DNA of 63,978 nt, counting the filler, from Octopus bimaculoides (lineage: Eukaryota): the NCBI RefSeq assembly GCF_001194135.2. It is 4 parts of 4 records of this genome, joined end to end, with 100 filler letters (N's around TTAATTAATTAA, not from the genome) between each part and the next. Parts side by side here need not be neighbours in the genome. Positions count along the whole stretch, not along the records: positions 1 to 30,284 come from NC_068984.1; 3 more parts are not named here. One strand, written 5' to 3'. Shown one piece after another: positions 12,001-26,465 of this stretch. Below the pieces are notes generated by a model. It saw only the letters and a program-made list of their open reading frames with translations. It made no database searches and was not told the origin of the DNA. Position numbers and translations under genes: made by a program. Each line of letters opens with the position of its first letter. Within the stretch, counting starts at the first letter, position 1.

Positions 12001-15000
12001 GAGGGTCATATCTGTGCCAGCAAGATTTGGCTCCTTACCATACCTCCAGAAAGAGTCAGAAGTGGTTGTTGGAGAATTTCTACAACTTCACAAGCCCCAG
12101 TTTCTAGCCTCCTAATTCCCTCAATCGCAATCTCATATATTATCATGCATGGGGCACAGTTGTGAAAGACATCAATTACTCTGTCTGCAACACCTAAGCG
12201 AAGCTGGTGGCCAAATCAAGGAGGTTTTCAAAGATCATCCTAGGGACACACGAATGCATGCACCAGGTTCCAGAACCATCTTGAAGTTGTTGTAAAAGAT
12301 GAGAACAGCTACTTTGAGTAAAATGTTATTTCCCTGCCATAATCTAATTGATTTTTTTTTTCTGATTTTTGAAAATACCTTTTTTGGGGGATGGAATATT
12401 ATGTTTTCTTTTCCATTTATGCAGACTGTCAAATTTAGCCTAAACACCCTGTAGATACAAAGATAAGAAATTTATGAGAGGATAATCAAATAGCCTTTGT
12501 AATGAATGACCTCAAGTTATACATTCCACATTGTCACAAATTTAACACAGATTTACTCCAGGAATTGGTATAAAATGTAGGTCATTAAAAGTGTGGCAAG
12601 GCTATAATGAAGTAAAAAATTAATTAAAAACACTAATGTCTTGTCATTAGATAAAGAAACAAAGGAAAGAGAATTAGACCAGATACAAATTTATACATAC
12701 CAAGAACTCAATGAATTAGACAAAGTGCAACACAGCAAATGAAAGAAAAGTTAGAAAATAACATTATAGACAGATTAATACTTAAAACATAGCTAAATGT
12801 AAAGAAAAAGTTAACAGGCATCAGTACTTTGTCCCAGTAAAATATTACAGTCAAAATGTTCCCAACTGAATACTGAAGTGATTAGTGAGACTAGACAGAG
12901 AAACAAGAAAAATAATGACTGCAATTTGATTTCACCACCCAAAATCTGATATAGAAAGATTATATTCACCATAAATACAGAGGGTTAAGAGTCTTCTACA
13001 AGAAAATTATTATAAAATCTACTGAAGGAATACAAAATTATCTGGTAAATAATAATAGGAAATTAATGCAAATTTCTACAACAACCAAAATAATCAGTTT
13101 TCTGTCTCCAAGAAAGTCAGCAAATATATATGGGAGGTCAGAGTAATTGACAATTTTGAGAAGAAAGAAGAAGCAACAGACATTGTTCAGAAACTTAAAA
13201 CTAAGTTGAAACTAATGCTATAAAATGTCATGCTAAAGCATTGCAAAATATAAAAAAAAAGTCATACATGACCAATACCTGAGATTATTTTCAGCAGGAA
13301 ATGGATAAAAGAAAAATATCGGCACACAACGAAATTCTTCCCGCATGAAACCACTGAAACAATATAATGAAGTAGAATACAATAGATAATAAGCAGAACA
13401 TGGGGAGATTCTGAAGAAACAATTAGCTACATTGTTTTTGACTTAGCCAAAAGAGACTATACACAGGCATGACAAAACTTTCAGGAACTTGAATTTGTGC
13501 GAACGTTATGAGATACTAGCAGAAAAGAGATGTATAAATATACACCAGAAAGGGCCTTAGACAATATAAAAAGTGACTGATTACAATCTGGGAAATGCCA
13601 ACCTGCACTGGCAAGGAGTTTAAGGCAAATAATCCAGATATGGAAGTACATTGTCGGGGGCTACTGAAAAAGCAAGTACTTGATAGAAATATCAATACAA
13701 ATAGATGATAATGTGTATGAAAGAAAGGTATAAGATTATTCAATGACAAAGACTTTGAATAAAGATAACATAGACAATAAAATGTTACAATGTACTGCCG
13801 GCATATTACATGGAAAATGCACAACTTTATGGATACCAAAGGCACTAGAGTTGAGCTCATCTGTGCAGTGAACGCACAAATCATAAATAGGACTACTGAA
13901 ATAATGATAATTCTTTCTAATTTTGGTACAATGCCAGCAATTTTGAGGAGAGGGAATAAGTCAATTACATCAACTTTAGTACTTCACTGGTACTTTATGT
14001 TACCAGCCCTGAAAGGCAAAGTTGACCTCAGCAAATTTTTAAACTCAGAATGTAAAGAGTCAGAAGACATACTACAAAGCATTTTTCTCCACTATGCTAA
14101 TGAGTTTGCCAACTTACCACCTTATTGATAAATGATAATAACAACAAAATCATCAGCATTTAGCGTCTGTTTTCCATACTGGCATGGATTGCACAGTTTG
14201 ACTAAAAACTGGTTAGCTGGGGAGCTGCATCAGGTTCCAGTCTGATCTAGCATGGTTTCTACAGCTGGATGCTCTTCCTAATGTCAACCACTCCAAGAGT
14301 GTAGTATGTGCTTTTTATGTGCCATTGGTCAGTTACATAGCACCAGCATTGACCACAACTACAATCTCACTTGGCTTAATGGGTCCTCTCAAGCATGGTA
14401 TATTGCCAAAGGTCTTGGTCACTTGTCACTGCCTCTGTGAGGCCCATCATTTGACGGATGTTCTTTACGTACCACCAGCATGGGTGCCAGTTATGCAACA
14501 CTGGCATCAGTCACAACTATGAGTTCACTTGGCTTGACAGGCCTTCTGTCAAGCACAGCATATCACCAAAGGTCTCAGTCGCTTGTCATTGCCACTGTGA
14601 GGCCCAACATTCGAAGATCATGCTTCACCACCTCGTCCTATGTCGTCCTGTGTCAACCTCTTCCTCAGTTTCCCTCCACTGTTAGAGATCAGCACTTCTT
14701 CACACAGCTGCCCTCATCCATACATGTCACATGACCAAACCAGCACAGTCATTTCATTTGCACACCACATCTGATGCCTTGTGTATCAGATGTAGCTTAA
14801 CAAAAATGATAAAAATCAGATTAATCAGATTTACAATTGGCTTTTATTTTCAGGTATAACACCTTATATCACAAATGAAGTGGGACTCTACAGTGAAATT
14901 ACTTTCCCTAATATCAGTCAAATCCCAAGAAATACAATGGCTGTTGCCAGACGCTCTAAGATCATGAAGGATTTAAACAGATCTCAAACTGAAGTTATTT

Positions 15001-18000
15001 CTAGAAGTTTTGTGGCACTGCCTAATGACAGGGCACAAAGCATAAGATCTTCAGGAAATGATAAAGAATTCAGGTAAGTATATTTCTTCAATTTCTTTTA
15101 AAAAATGTGTTGTATTTTGTTGCATCAACAGTTAATTCTGCTTGAGCAAATCTCTTATTGAAATTGTTTGATCTTTGAAGAAACATATCTGTTTTGTGAT
15201 TTGAAGGAGTTTGGTTATTATTTCTAATTTATTGAATGACAATCTAGAGGGTGCTGTCAAAAATAAAAATATTTTCTTTACTCCTATACAACCTTTAGTG
15301 GCAAAATACTGCTCTAATTAATGTTGCATGCTAAATGTAAAGAGCCTGATAGTTCTTCACTCAGTGTTCTTCCATATCTTGGAGAAGAAGCATGGTGAGT
15401 AGTTCCCCAACAACTCCCACAGAGCAGTAAGTAAAGCTGATTCCAAGAGAAAGTGAGAGAGAGAGAGAGAGAAAGATAGACCGACAGACAGACAAACGTG
15501 TACACACGCACATACACACATACTCCCACATATACATATATATGTACATGTACTTGTGTGTGTGTGTGTAATATGCCAGCATGGACTGAATCCAGTAAAC
15601 AATAAAATAAAAGAAAATGCATATGTGAAAGAAAGAAATGAGTAGAGAAACTATGTTGAGTATGTGTGAGACCAAACACACTGACATATACAAACATGTA
15701 TACACATACAGACGTGTGGAAGGAAAATTGAAGTAAATGGAATTCTGTTGGTTTCAATGATGAATATGCAATTGTTTCATCAACTTAATTATAGTATAAG
15801 TGGCTGAGTACTCCACACACTCGTGTATTCTTAACATAATCTTTTGGCAGAAACAGTGTAACACAAAGTCTATTATGAGTGAATTTTTGAATAAATGTTC
15901 ACTCCATCCAACAGATTCTGCACAGTTTCCATCTACACCCTTTCACTGACAAAGCTTAAGTTGACACAAGACTACAGTGAATGAAACCATGCAGAGGTAT
16001 AAAACCTGAGGCCTTTTGATTGCAAAGTGAGCTTCGTAACTATTCAACCATGCTGCATTCATCTACATATGTTGAAAAGTATTGATGCCTATAGATGCAT
16101 CATTGAATATTGTAATAATTTTAGCATGAAGGCAATATCAAATTTAGTAACAAATGTCATATCACAACAGTGGATCTGCTGTTGCTTATGATAGTAAAAA
16201 CATATAAATAAAAGTTTCTTTTGCATAGAGATGATTGTGATTACCCACTTTTATTCTTGACCAGAATCCATAATTTTTTTTTTTAAACTAGATAAAACCC
16301 TGTACTAAGAAAATCCTATCATCATAAAATAATACATCACTGATTTGTTAAAAAGACATTCATTTGAAGTATATAAATTCAAACAAGGTGATTGGCCCCC
16401 AAAGTAAATTGCAGTTCATGTCTTTGAACCATTGTCAAGCAACTGCAAATTGTAGATGGGCTGTAATTTTTATATAGCTATGGTTAACCTTCAACTTGAA
16501 ATAGCTGATCAACTAATCCAACATTTGTTCTTAAAAAAACTTGCATTTTTGCCCTCCTGTTACTAAAATACGAAATGACTTTGGTGATCGTTCATAATGT
16601 TACATGCTGATATCATATGATATATGTGTCTAAATATTTTATCTCACTTGCTTTTTACCATTAATAATTTGTCACAATTTTCCTTTCACATTCCTTTTAC
16701 ATCTCTTTCTCTTTTTTCTATTTTCTGTTTCTTTTTGTACTTCCATGTTTTTGTTTTCATATCAACCAGAACTTTGTTCACAAAGAAGAAACGTTACACA
16801 TACAATGATCCAGACTATAGCTATACAAAATATGAACTAGAGCAGATAGTCATCAATAAAAGCAAGTATAAGGACTTGATATCAAAGGCCACCAAACTGA
16901 AAATACATCAAAGCCGAGCTATGTAAGCTATTTTCAACTATTTGCAACCATGTTTGTCAGAAAAAGACTGCTATGTTCTTCAGATTCATTTACACACACA
17001 CACACCACCACCACACACACACCTAAAAGGGAAAAAAATCCATCAGTTTATGAGCAAGTCTGAAAACCTTCAGCACTACTTTGATTGTATATTGCCTTTG
17101 GATTGTCAATATGTTTGAGTGGCTTAAAAATAGAAGAAACAAATCAAATATACAAATATGCAAAGAAATTATGTATGATAATGTGCAAAAAAGTCATGTG
17201 TATGTGCAATATTTTGATGGGGTAATGGAAATCTGAAGAAAGGGGCTGAGCCTGTGCTCTTTTCAGGCCCTTAGAAACTAGTAAGATCAAAACAGTTACT
17301 GCTTCTCTTCAACAGCTTCAAGTAAGATGGCTACAAAAAGGAAAAAAAAAAAAAAAAAATGGCTAATGGAAAGGAATTCCAGAGAATCCCAATTCTTAGA
17401 AGAAAGGATTGGACACAATAGTTAGTGCAGGGTATGTAGGAGATAGACACAATGTTGGTAATGGGAGGAGGTGTGATGAGTGATTTGGGATTGCTTTCAT
17501 GAAAGAGAAATAAAACCAGCCAGCTCCAAGGAACAATCATTGTTTTAATAGTTATAGAAAAGACAGAGAGGAGATAGCATATCTTGTTTGTTGTTGGCAC
17601 TCCATCGCTTACGACATCGTGGGTTCCAGTTGATCCGATCAATGGAACAGCCTGCTCGTGAAATTAAGGTGCAAGTGGCTGAGCACTCCACAGACATGTG
17701 TACCTTTAATGTAGTTCTCGGGGATATTCAGCGTGACACAGTGTGACAAGGCTGACCCTTTGAATTACAGGCACAACAGAAACAGGAAGAAAGAGTGAGA
17801 GAAAGTTATGGTGGAAGAGTACTGCAGGGTTCGCCACCATCCCCTGCCGGAGCCTCATGGAACTTTAGGTGTTTTCGCTCAATAAACACTCACAACGCCC
17901 GGTCTGGGAATTGAAAACCGCGATCCTATGACCGCGAGTCCACTGCCCTAACCACTGGGCCATTGCGCCTCCACTGCATATCTTGTGTAACATTGTAAAA

Positions 18001-19318
18001 TATGACATACTGTGTGTGTGTGTGTTTATACATGTTTGTGTTTGTCTCTTCCTTTCTATGTCTTGACTTTGTTCATATGCTTAAAGTGAAAAGCAACAAC
18101 GGTTTTGGCAATGTCAGTATTTACACCTCCTGTAAAATGTTTGGCCATTCTATGGTTCTTCATGACCAAGGGAAAAATACCTTTCTTGGAGAAAAAGGTT
18201 GGTGACAAAACAGAAGGTGCATCTGGCAGTGCAAAACTGTTTTAACTAGTCTCATCACATTTATGCCAGCATGGGAAAAGCAGGCATAAAAATGCTAATG
18301 ATGAGGTTTGAATGATGATGATGAGGAGGAGGAGGAGGATGATGATGATGGCGGTGGTGGCAGTGGTGGTGGTGGTGGTGGTGGTGGTGACAGTGATGAT
18401 GATGAAAATGCAACAGTAGCAGCAGCATGATAACACAGTTTTCAGTCTACCATAAATATTTTCATTCGACTGAAATAATTGACACTTCTCATTCACAATG
18501 TTTCATATTCCATTATGGAGAACAGGAATACATACTCATTTTTTAACCCAACAGTAGTTAAAAGAACGTCTGGAATGATTTAAGAATAGCCATTGATGTT
18601 TAAGGCATTTGGGTTAAGTACTATACTACCAGCCCATAGCTTGTGAAGTGAAGTTTAAAAAAGTAAAAGATCATTGCATTTCAGTACAGAACACTTCCTT
18701 CCTCATTGTCTCACTTTCACAAAGTCATGGACCAGATTATTCATGAAATGTTAACAACAATACGCAGTTGTCTGATCCAAGAGTAAATATGCTTCTTGTT
18801 CACCTCAGGCCATTAAGATGGAGTTAAGCGCTAACCTTTAAAAGTGCCATGAGGTTTTTAAGAGTTGCTGCGTAATCACTGTGATTTGATGGAGATTTTG
18901 TTGCCTTTCCTAGCAAATCAAGAGATTGTATAGAGGCTCTCTCCATGGCATGTTGTTCTTGTCATTGTTGTTGTTGATGGCAGCAGTTGTGGTGGCAGTG
19001 ATGATGAAATTGTCATCATCATCATGAGCCATGACAGAACAAATCTTTGATTAAGGTATTCCAGCCAGGATTATCCCATATTTTTTCCCTTACACACAAT
19101 AAACCAATATTTCTTCTATCTTTACTTATTTCAGTCATCGAACTGTGGTCATGCTGGGGCACCACCTTGAAGGGTTTAGTCAAACAATTTGATCTCAGTA
19201 CACATTTTCCTAGGTTTGGTTCTGGTACTTATCCTGTTGGTTTCTTTTGCCAAATTGTTGAGTTATGGTGATGTAGGCAAGCTAACATTAGTTGTCAAGC
19301 AGTTGCAAGGGACAGAAA

Positions 19319-19354
<36 letters not shown>

Positions 19355-20161
19355 ACAACAACCTACTTTTAGTTTCTGTCAACCAAATCCACTTACCAGA
19401 CTTTAGTTGGTTCAGGGTTAGAGTAGAAAGCACTTGCCCAAGGGGCTACATGATGGGACTGAATTCAAAACCATATTTTTTTTATCCCTTTATGTCAGTA
19501 GGATGTAATTTGTTAGGGATTTCATAATTATTTTTAGCAGTTTGGATAACGATGTAAAGATTCTTGGATGATGCTGATGGTGAATGAATAATAAATAATA
19601 TTGATTTGTCGTATTAACTATCTGTGATGTTTCATATTAGACAAATTCTTGTTTTCTGTAGTGAATTCATGAAATTCAACAATAATGTTGACATTGGTTT
19701 AACTCATGCTGATGGAATAAAACCCAAGAAATTACAACTGTCACAAATTCCTACCTCGGCAGAAACACGTAAGTTACTTTCCATTACTGCTCATGCAATT
19801 ATCTTTGAGATCTTATTGATGAAAATTATGTAATGCCCTACAGAACATGAAAAATTAATTTATTTTGTATAAAAGAATGCATTTTGATCCTTTTGCAAAA
19901 ACAAATCTTATGGGGGGGGGGGTCAAAATGCTCCCAGTAGGAAACATGTTGGTTCAAACAACTAAAAGATAAGAATTTTGGCCAAATTGGTTTTCTTTTC
20001 ATTTAAGTGTATTGTGAAACATACAAGCTCTCTCTCTCTCTATATATATATATATCTGTGTGTGTGTGTGATTCTTATAGATGCTTAGAAAAGATGTTAA
20101 AACAATGATGATGCTATATCTATGTCTATATGTGTGTGTGTATATATATACATATGTATGT

Positions 20162-20201
<40 letters not shown>

Positions 20202-23200
20202 ATGTATGTATGCATGTATGTATGCATGTATGTATGTATGTGAAATGAAATGGAACTTAGTGGCATGTATGTTAACAGCAGAGACAAAGACATGTATATC
20301 AGATACCACACAATATAAATTCTTGATTTATTAAAATTATCTCCACCTCCTGAGGATGTGTCACAATTACCAACTGTAACTAAGAACAGTTCCACATAAG
20401 AAGGGGGTGACAATTTCAAGAAACAAGAAGTTTCTCTAAAGCTAACATGCCATTATGTCAAAAGACAAGCTTTCTGCCTGAAAATAAGAGGAAAAGTTCC
20501 TTTGCTTTTGATCCTACTGGGGTCAATAAAATGGAGTAGCGTTCAAGTACTGGGACTGATTTAATCAACTATAATTTTGACCCCTTGACCCCCCCCCACT
20601 ACCACCAATGTATAACCTAATGCCAATGTTAAGACATCGTTGCCCTTGTTACCATAGAGATTTTATTTTTAAAATTTACTTCATTTTCAGAAGATCCTAA
20701 GGAAAGGACTATGTCTTCCAATCAGTTTTTCCAAAATGAAAAAATTACAAAGAAATCTGTAAGCACATTTATTAATTAACTAAATATACTGTGAGGAAGT
20801 ATCTCTGTATAAAATTGATGAACAGTAAGGGATCAATATTTAGCCCTGTGGCAGGCTTTGTCTCTAGTGTTAGTGACCCAGTAAAACGCACCTTGTCATA
20901 CTGTAAAGGTTTTTCTTTTAAATGGTTTGATCTGAAGGAGGGAAACACTATAGGTAATGTGAGGAAGAGAGGTGAGTGAGTTAGAAGCTTCTGCAGAGAA
21001 GTAGGACAAGAATATTTAGAATGAAGGTGGTGAGGTTACTTTTGCAGTGGTTGTAAAGGAAATGTGAGAAGACAGCATATGTGTTGGTGATCAACTTCAT
21101 GCCATTTAGAGGAATTCTCTGGTGGGGAATGCAATCTTGGATGTCTGTATCTGTTGTAGTAATACAATCCCAGATGTAAGCAGTATTCCATTCACAAAGA
21201 GTTGAGGCCACAGATTGGCGGAGTCACTAAAAGTGTTGTATAGAATGTCTTGTGATATTTATTCCAATTTCTTGTGCTCTTTCGAAATCAATAAAAGGTA
21301 TGGTGGACTGGCAGAGTTGCTAGTAGCTTGAGCAAGATGCTTTGGTTTATCTCTTCTGGCTCTTTGCATTCTGTCAGCAATGCTTGCAGCAATACAAAGC
21401 TAAGCTGCATCATCACATGGGTTAATTGGAGAAAAAAGATTTTCATGCTAGTCTTCTTATAAAAGTCTTACCTATGTGAAGGCCTGGCTTTACATAGGGT
21501 CTGCATGGATGAAAGTACTGAAGTCTGTTCAAGCCTGGAGAAAGTAGACCTATGGATAAAGTCTAAGCTATGCTGTGGATATATCATCAGGGGAGATTCT
21601 CAGTGGTGGTAAGACCTAACAAGTATGAGGTGCATTCAAAAAGTATCAGAATTTATTTTTTCCTGCCAAAACTAATGCCATATGCAACTTTTCACACTAA
21701 TAAACCTTGTCAGTTCCTAGCTGTTATGCTTAGTGTACAGACATGTAGTGTGCGCTCATCAGATTTTCATTTTCATGCAAGATGACTGAACACATTGAGC
21801 AGAGATATTGCATCATGTTTTACTGAAAGGTTGGTGAAACTCAAGCTCAAACAGTCCAGAAAATTGGGCTGGCCTTTAGCATTGATGCCATGGGAAAATC
21901 TCAGTTACTTCAAATATGGCCATACCTCAGTGGAGAATGAGGCATGCTCAAGTAGGCCATCCACAAACCAAAACAAAGAGCTGATTCAGAAGATTTGGCA
22001 AATAGTCATGGAAGACTATCATGTAACAATGCAGGAAATAGCTCATGCAGTGGGAATAAGCACAGGATCAGTGCATTCTTTTTTTAACAGAGGATTTTGT
22101 GCATGTGGAGTGTTGGTGAAATTTGTCCCCAAGGTGGTGGAGCAGCACCAGAAGCAACTCCACTTGGAAATCATTCAGAACATGCTGGACTGTGCAAACC
22201 ATGACCCAGACTTCATGAAGACCATCATCACTGATGATGAGACATGAGTATATGGTCTTTGCTCAATGTATTCAGTCATCTTGTGTGAAAATGAAAATCC
22301 ACTCAGTACTCTCAGTGTAACAACTAGAAATTGACATGACCTATTGGTGCAAAACTTTTCACTCATGTGCAGGAGGTGTCACCTCCTATCCAAAGGATTT
22401 TGCCCTTGTGGCATTAGTTTTAGCTGGAAAAAATAAAAGTTGGATGCTTTTTGAATGTATCTTGTGTAGTGAACAGGAAGGTTTAGCTACATAATGTTCA
22501 TTGCTTAGAGAGAGGCAGGGTACAATATTGTGTTCATGACATGTAAGGATTGCATCTTTGGTGCTGTTAAATGAGAAAAGACCGGCAGGACTCCAGTACC
22601 ATTTGAGATATATATATATAATATATATATATATATCATCATCATCGTTTAACGTCCGCTTTCCATGCTAGCATGGGTTGGACGATTTGACTGAGGACTG
22701 GTGAACCAGATGGCTACACCAGGCTCCAATCTGATTTGGCAGAGTTTCTAGAGCTAGATGCCCTTCCTAACGCCAACCACTCCAAGAGTGTAGTGGGTGC
22801 TTTTATGTGCCGCTGGCACATGTATGTATGTATACTTGTGTGTGTATATGTAATACACTATTCAGGTATTCTGTCCACATGTTCTGATTTCTCCCACTCC
22901 TCTCCAATAAATTTTAGTTTGTGTATGTATGACATCGGAAGTGTTTATGTAAGTAATCAGTACTTTTTTTTAAAAATGAATTTTATTATCTTTCTTTTTA
23001 ATGTTTGTATTATTTTTGAAAAGGCCAATGATGGACTTAATGTTATACCAACTACACATGAGGAGATAATTCAATGTTCAAGACTTCTCTCTCCCGGCCA
23101 GCTTCATAAACTCATGATAGGTAAGACATATAACTTAAAATAATCACAAGGCACTGGTCAAAAGGGAGCCACTTGCCCAAAATTTCTTTCAGTGGGATCA

Positions 23201-25611
23201 AAACCAAAATTGGAAGTTTGTGGTTGCAAAATGAATTTCTTAACCAGGCAATCACATATAATATACATACATACATGAGTGTGTATATTGATAGACAGAC
23301 AAACAGATAGAATATGGCTTTATGTATATCTATATTTAATCTATATATTCGTATGTAAAACAACTAATTAGTAGCTAAGGATATTTGATCAGAATACTTG
23401 CAACAGAGTGATTCCTGCTTCAGTCAACTAAAAGCGCCAAAAATTAAAGAAACTGCTATGGCATATTATGGCATCATCACTGAGAGAACGTCTAACTGGA
23501 AATGAATAAGAATTTGAATATAGGTAGACGTATCTTGAAATGAGACAGTAATACATATGAAAGAATAGTTTAGATGAGAGATTAAATTTTTGGTCTTATC
23601 GTTGGTTCTTAGCATGCTAAATCCCTTCTTTCAGAGTTGAGATTTTCGGAGCAGAGATATGTTTTGTTTTTCACTGGTAAAGATTTATGTTTGTTAGTCA
23701 GTATTTAGTTTAATCCTTCTATTACCATATTTCTGCTGAAATACACCCTCTTTATTTCAATTAATTTTTAAAATAATTAAAAACAGAGTAAAATAATTTT
23801 GTCATCATTTTCTGATATTTGGAACTTAAATTAATAAGAAAATTTAATAGGAAAATATTTATTTAGATTACTTTAACTCATACCTTAACTGATTACCCTG
23901 TCAAACGTTATGCTTATTTATTTACATTGATCATGCATTATCTCGAATGATGTGATTGTTTATTTTTAGAAGATGCAAGATGATAGTATCAAACTGAACA
24001 AGGGATTAAGTCTATCTCACAATTAGTCATGGCAGGATTTGAGCCCATTATACAAAAAAGCTAGAAAACATAGCACAATACATGTAGTACTGTTGTTCTG
24101 CTGCCCTGCTCTGGATTGCTACTTTCATTTTGACTCAAAAAAGAATGAAAGACAAAGCTAACCTCTGCAGGATTTGATCACAGAGTGCAAAGTGAGAAAG
24201 TCATTTTGTCCTATGTTCTAACAACTCTGCCAACTTGCAACTCTGCTTGTTGGTTAAGATATGTCTAAAAAGCTACTTCATTATATTAGTATACAGTGGC
24301 ATCAGTGTTGGTCAATTTGATATGGCTATTAGAAAGTCACGGTTCAGTAAGCTGTCAGGTGAGCAAGCAAAACTGCCTACTCCTGAATATAGATATACAC
24401 ATAAATAGAACCTGCAGTAACCAACTATAAAATGATCAACAAGCAATACAATTTTAATGCATCTTCCATCTCATGTTGATAACTAACAAAGACTGACTGT
24501 TCTTATTTTTCATGCAATATTGTGCAGTGCATATTTCACTTTGAACATCCTAAAATAACTATCATCACTTTACACTATCAAGGCAGATAAGGTTGGTTAT
24601 CTTCAGGAAAAGACTGGAATTAAAATGTCCAAGCAAATTTTTTAATTTCCGGCAATTTAGTTGGATGCTTCCTCTTGAATAAGCCCTAAAATGTTAATGA
24701 AAAACTAGAAAAAAAGAAAAAACGAAAGAAGTAATTCCTGATTTTGTTGCTACTTTAGTAGATTGATGGCGATAAATTTGAAATTCATCTCACTGAGATG
24801 TAAAACAAACAAGCAAACAAACAAAAAGAAAAAAAGAGAGAAGGAGAAATAATTTTTAAATTGACAGATTGCACACCATTTTATCAAGTCTGTTGATTGG
24901 AAGATGTAGTGGAGTGGGTGGTGGTGGTCCTCATCTTTATTTGGCCCTGCTGGTCTTCCATAGCTCAGTAGTTAATGTATTTGTTAAAAAATTACATTTA
25001 CAATGATCTCAACAATACTTTTAACCTTTTACTGGTTTCAGTCTTTAGACTGTGGATCATTAAGCATTTTAGATCATTAAGCATATACGAACTTCAGTAC
25101 TTTGTCTGGCATGCATTTATTTTGAGATTTTAGGGGACAAAAGACTTGCAGTAAAACAAAATAGTTGATGTAAGTTTAAATTTGTTAAACAGTATTTGAT
25201 TTATTGTGGGTCATAAAGTGGGGAAGCATGTTACAGTGTAGGCCAAAAGAATCCAAACATTCCCCAGAAGTATTTTAAAAAAATGCTATTCAGCACTGCA
25301 ATAAGGTGTGATAACATCAATAAGCACTGAAAATATTGTGATCTCTAGGCAAAAGCTGATGAAAATGTAAAAGCCAAGCTGTTGGTTTTATCTTTACCTT
25401 GTTTGCTTGATAGTATGTAAATATTGGCCTTTTCAGTGCAAAAAAAAAAAAAATCTGGCTATACTGTTCCACTCAATTACATTTGACAATTATTTAGTTA
25501 TACTTTCTGCTTGGAGAAATATGAATCCAATGACATTCTTCAGTAAATTTGTTTGACCAAACTGTGGTTCTTAACTTAAAATATTCAAATTATTTATATA
25601 TATATACACAC

Positions 25612-25668
<57 letters not shown>

Positions 25669-26431
25669 CACATGCATTCATGTACACACACACACATGCA
25701 CATAAATTCAGTTTAAGTAGATGTATAAAGTTGACAAGCAGTTTGTAGGAGGAGGTGAAGAAACATTAGGTTTACATACCCAAATATATGTGTGTATACA
25801 TGAAAAAATAGTTGCACCATTCCATAGCAAAATTGTTGTACTACACTTTGATAATTTTTGATATCTTGGCATCTGAAGCAGCTGAAGGGTACAATAGTTT
25901 GACCAAAAGAACCAGCTATTGCAAGCAAAAATAAATATTGAAAAAAACGCATTTGGCCAAATTTGAACATACGACAGTTTAAAATAATAGCAATGATATA
26001 ATTTTAAATAGTAAGGGATACCCCAAAACGATTACAAAATTGCTCTCAGGTATTCAAAATATGTTATTCAACAATTAACATATAAATCTAATAAAGTTCT
26101 TATAAGATAAGAAATTAGAGGAATATTCCATTGGATAATTCTGAATATATTTCCTTAACCATATAGGTTTCCTGGAGTATAAATATTAACAATATTAATA
26201 ATAAGGATTACTACAGTGTATAAATTAAAGGATTAAAGGTAATGCTATGCAACTTTGTAATAATCCCTATTATCAATATTGTTAGTATATATATGACCAT
26301 CTAGCAGATCTGCCTGGGGTTAAACTAGTAGTAACATTGAACAGCCTGATGTGGCAATTAACTTTACTTGTTAGTATAGTTACTACTCTCATCTCTTATT
26401 GATATTTTACAACTAGTTACATATGTGCATA

Positions 26432-26465
<34 letters not shown>

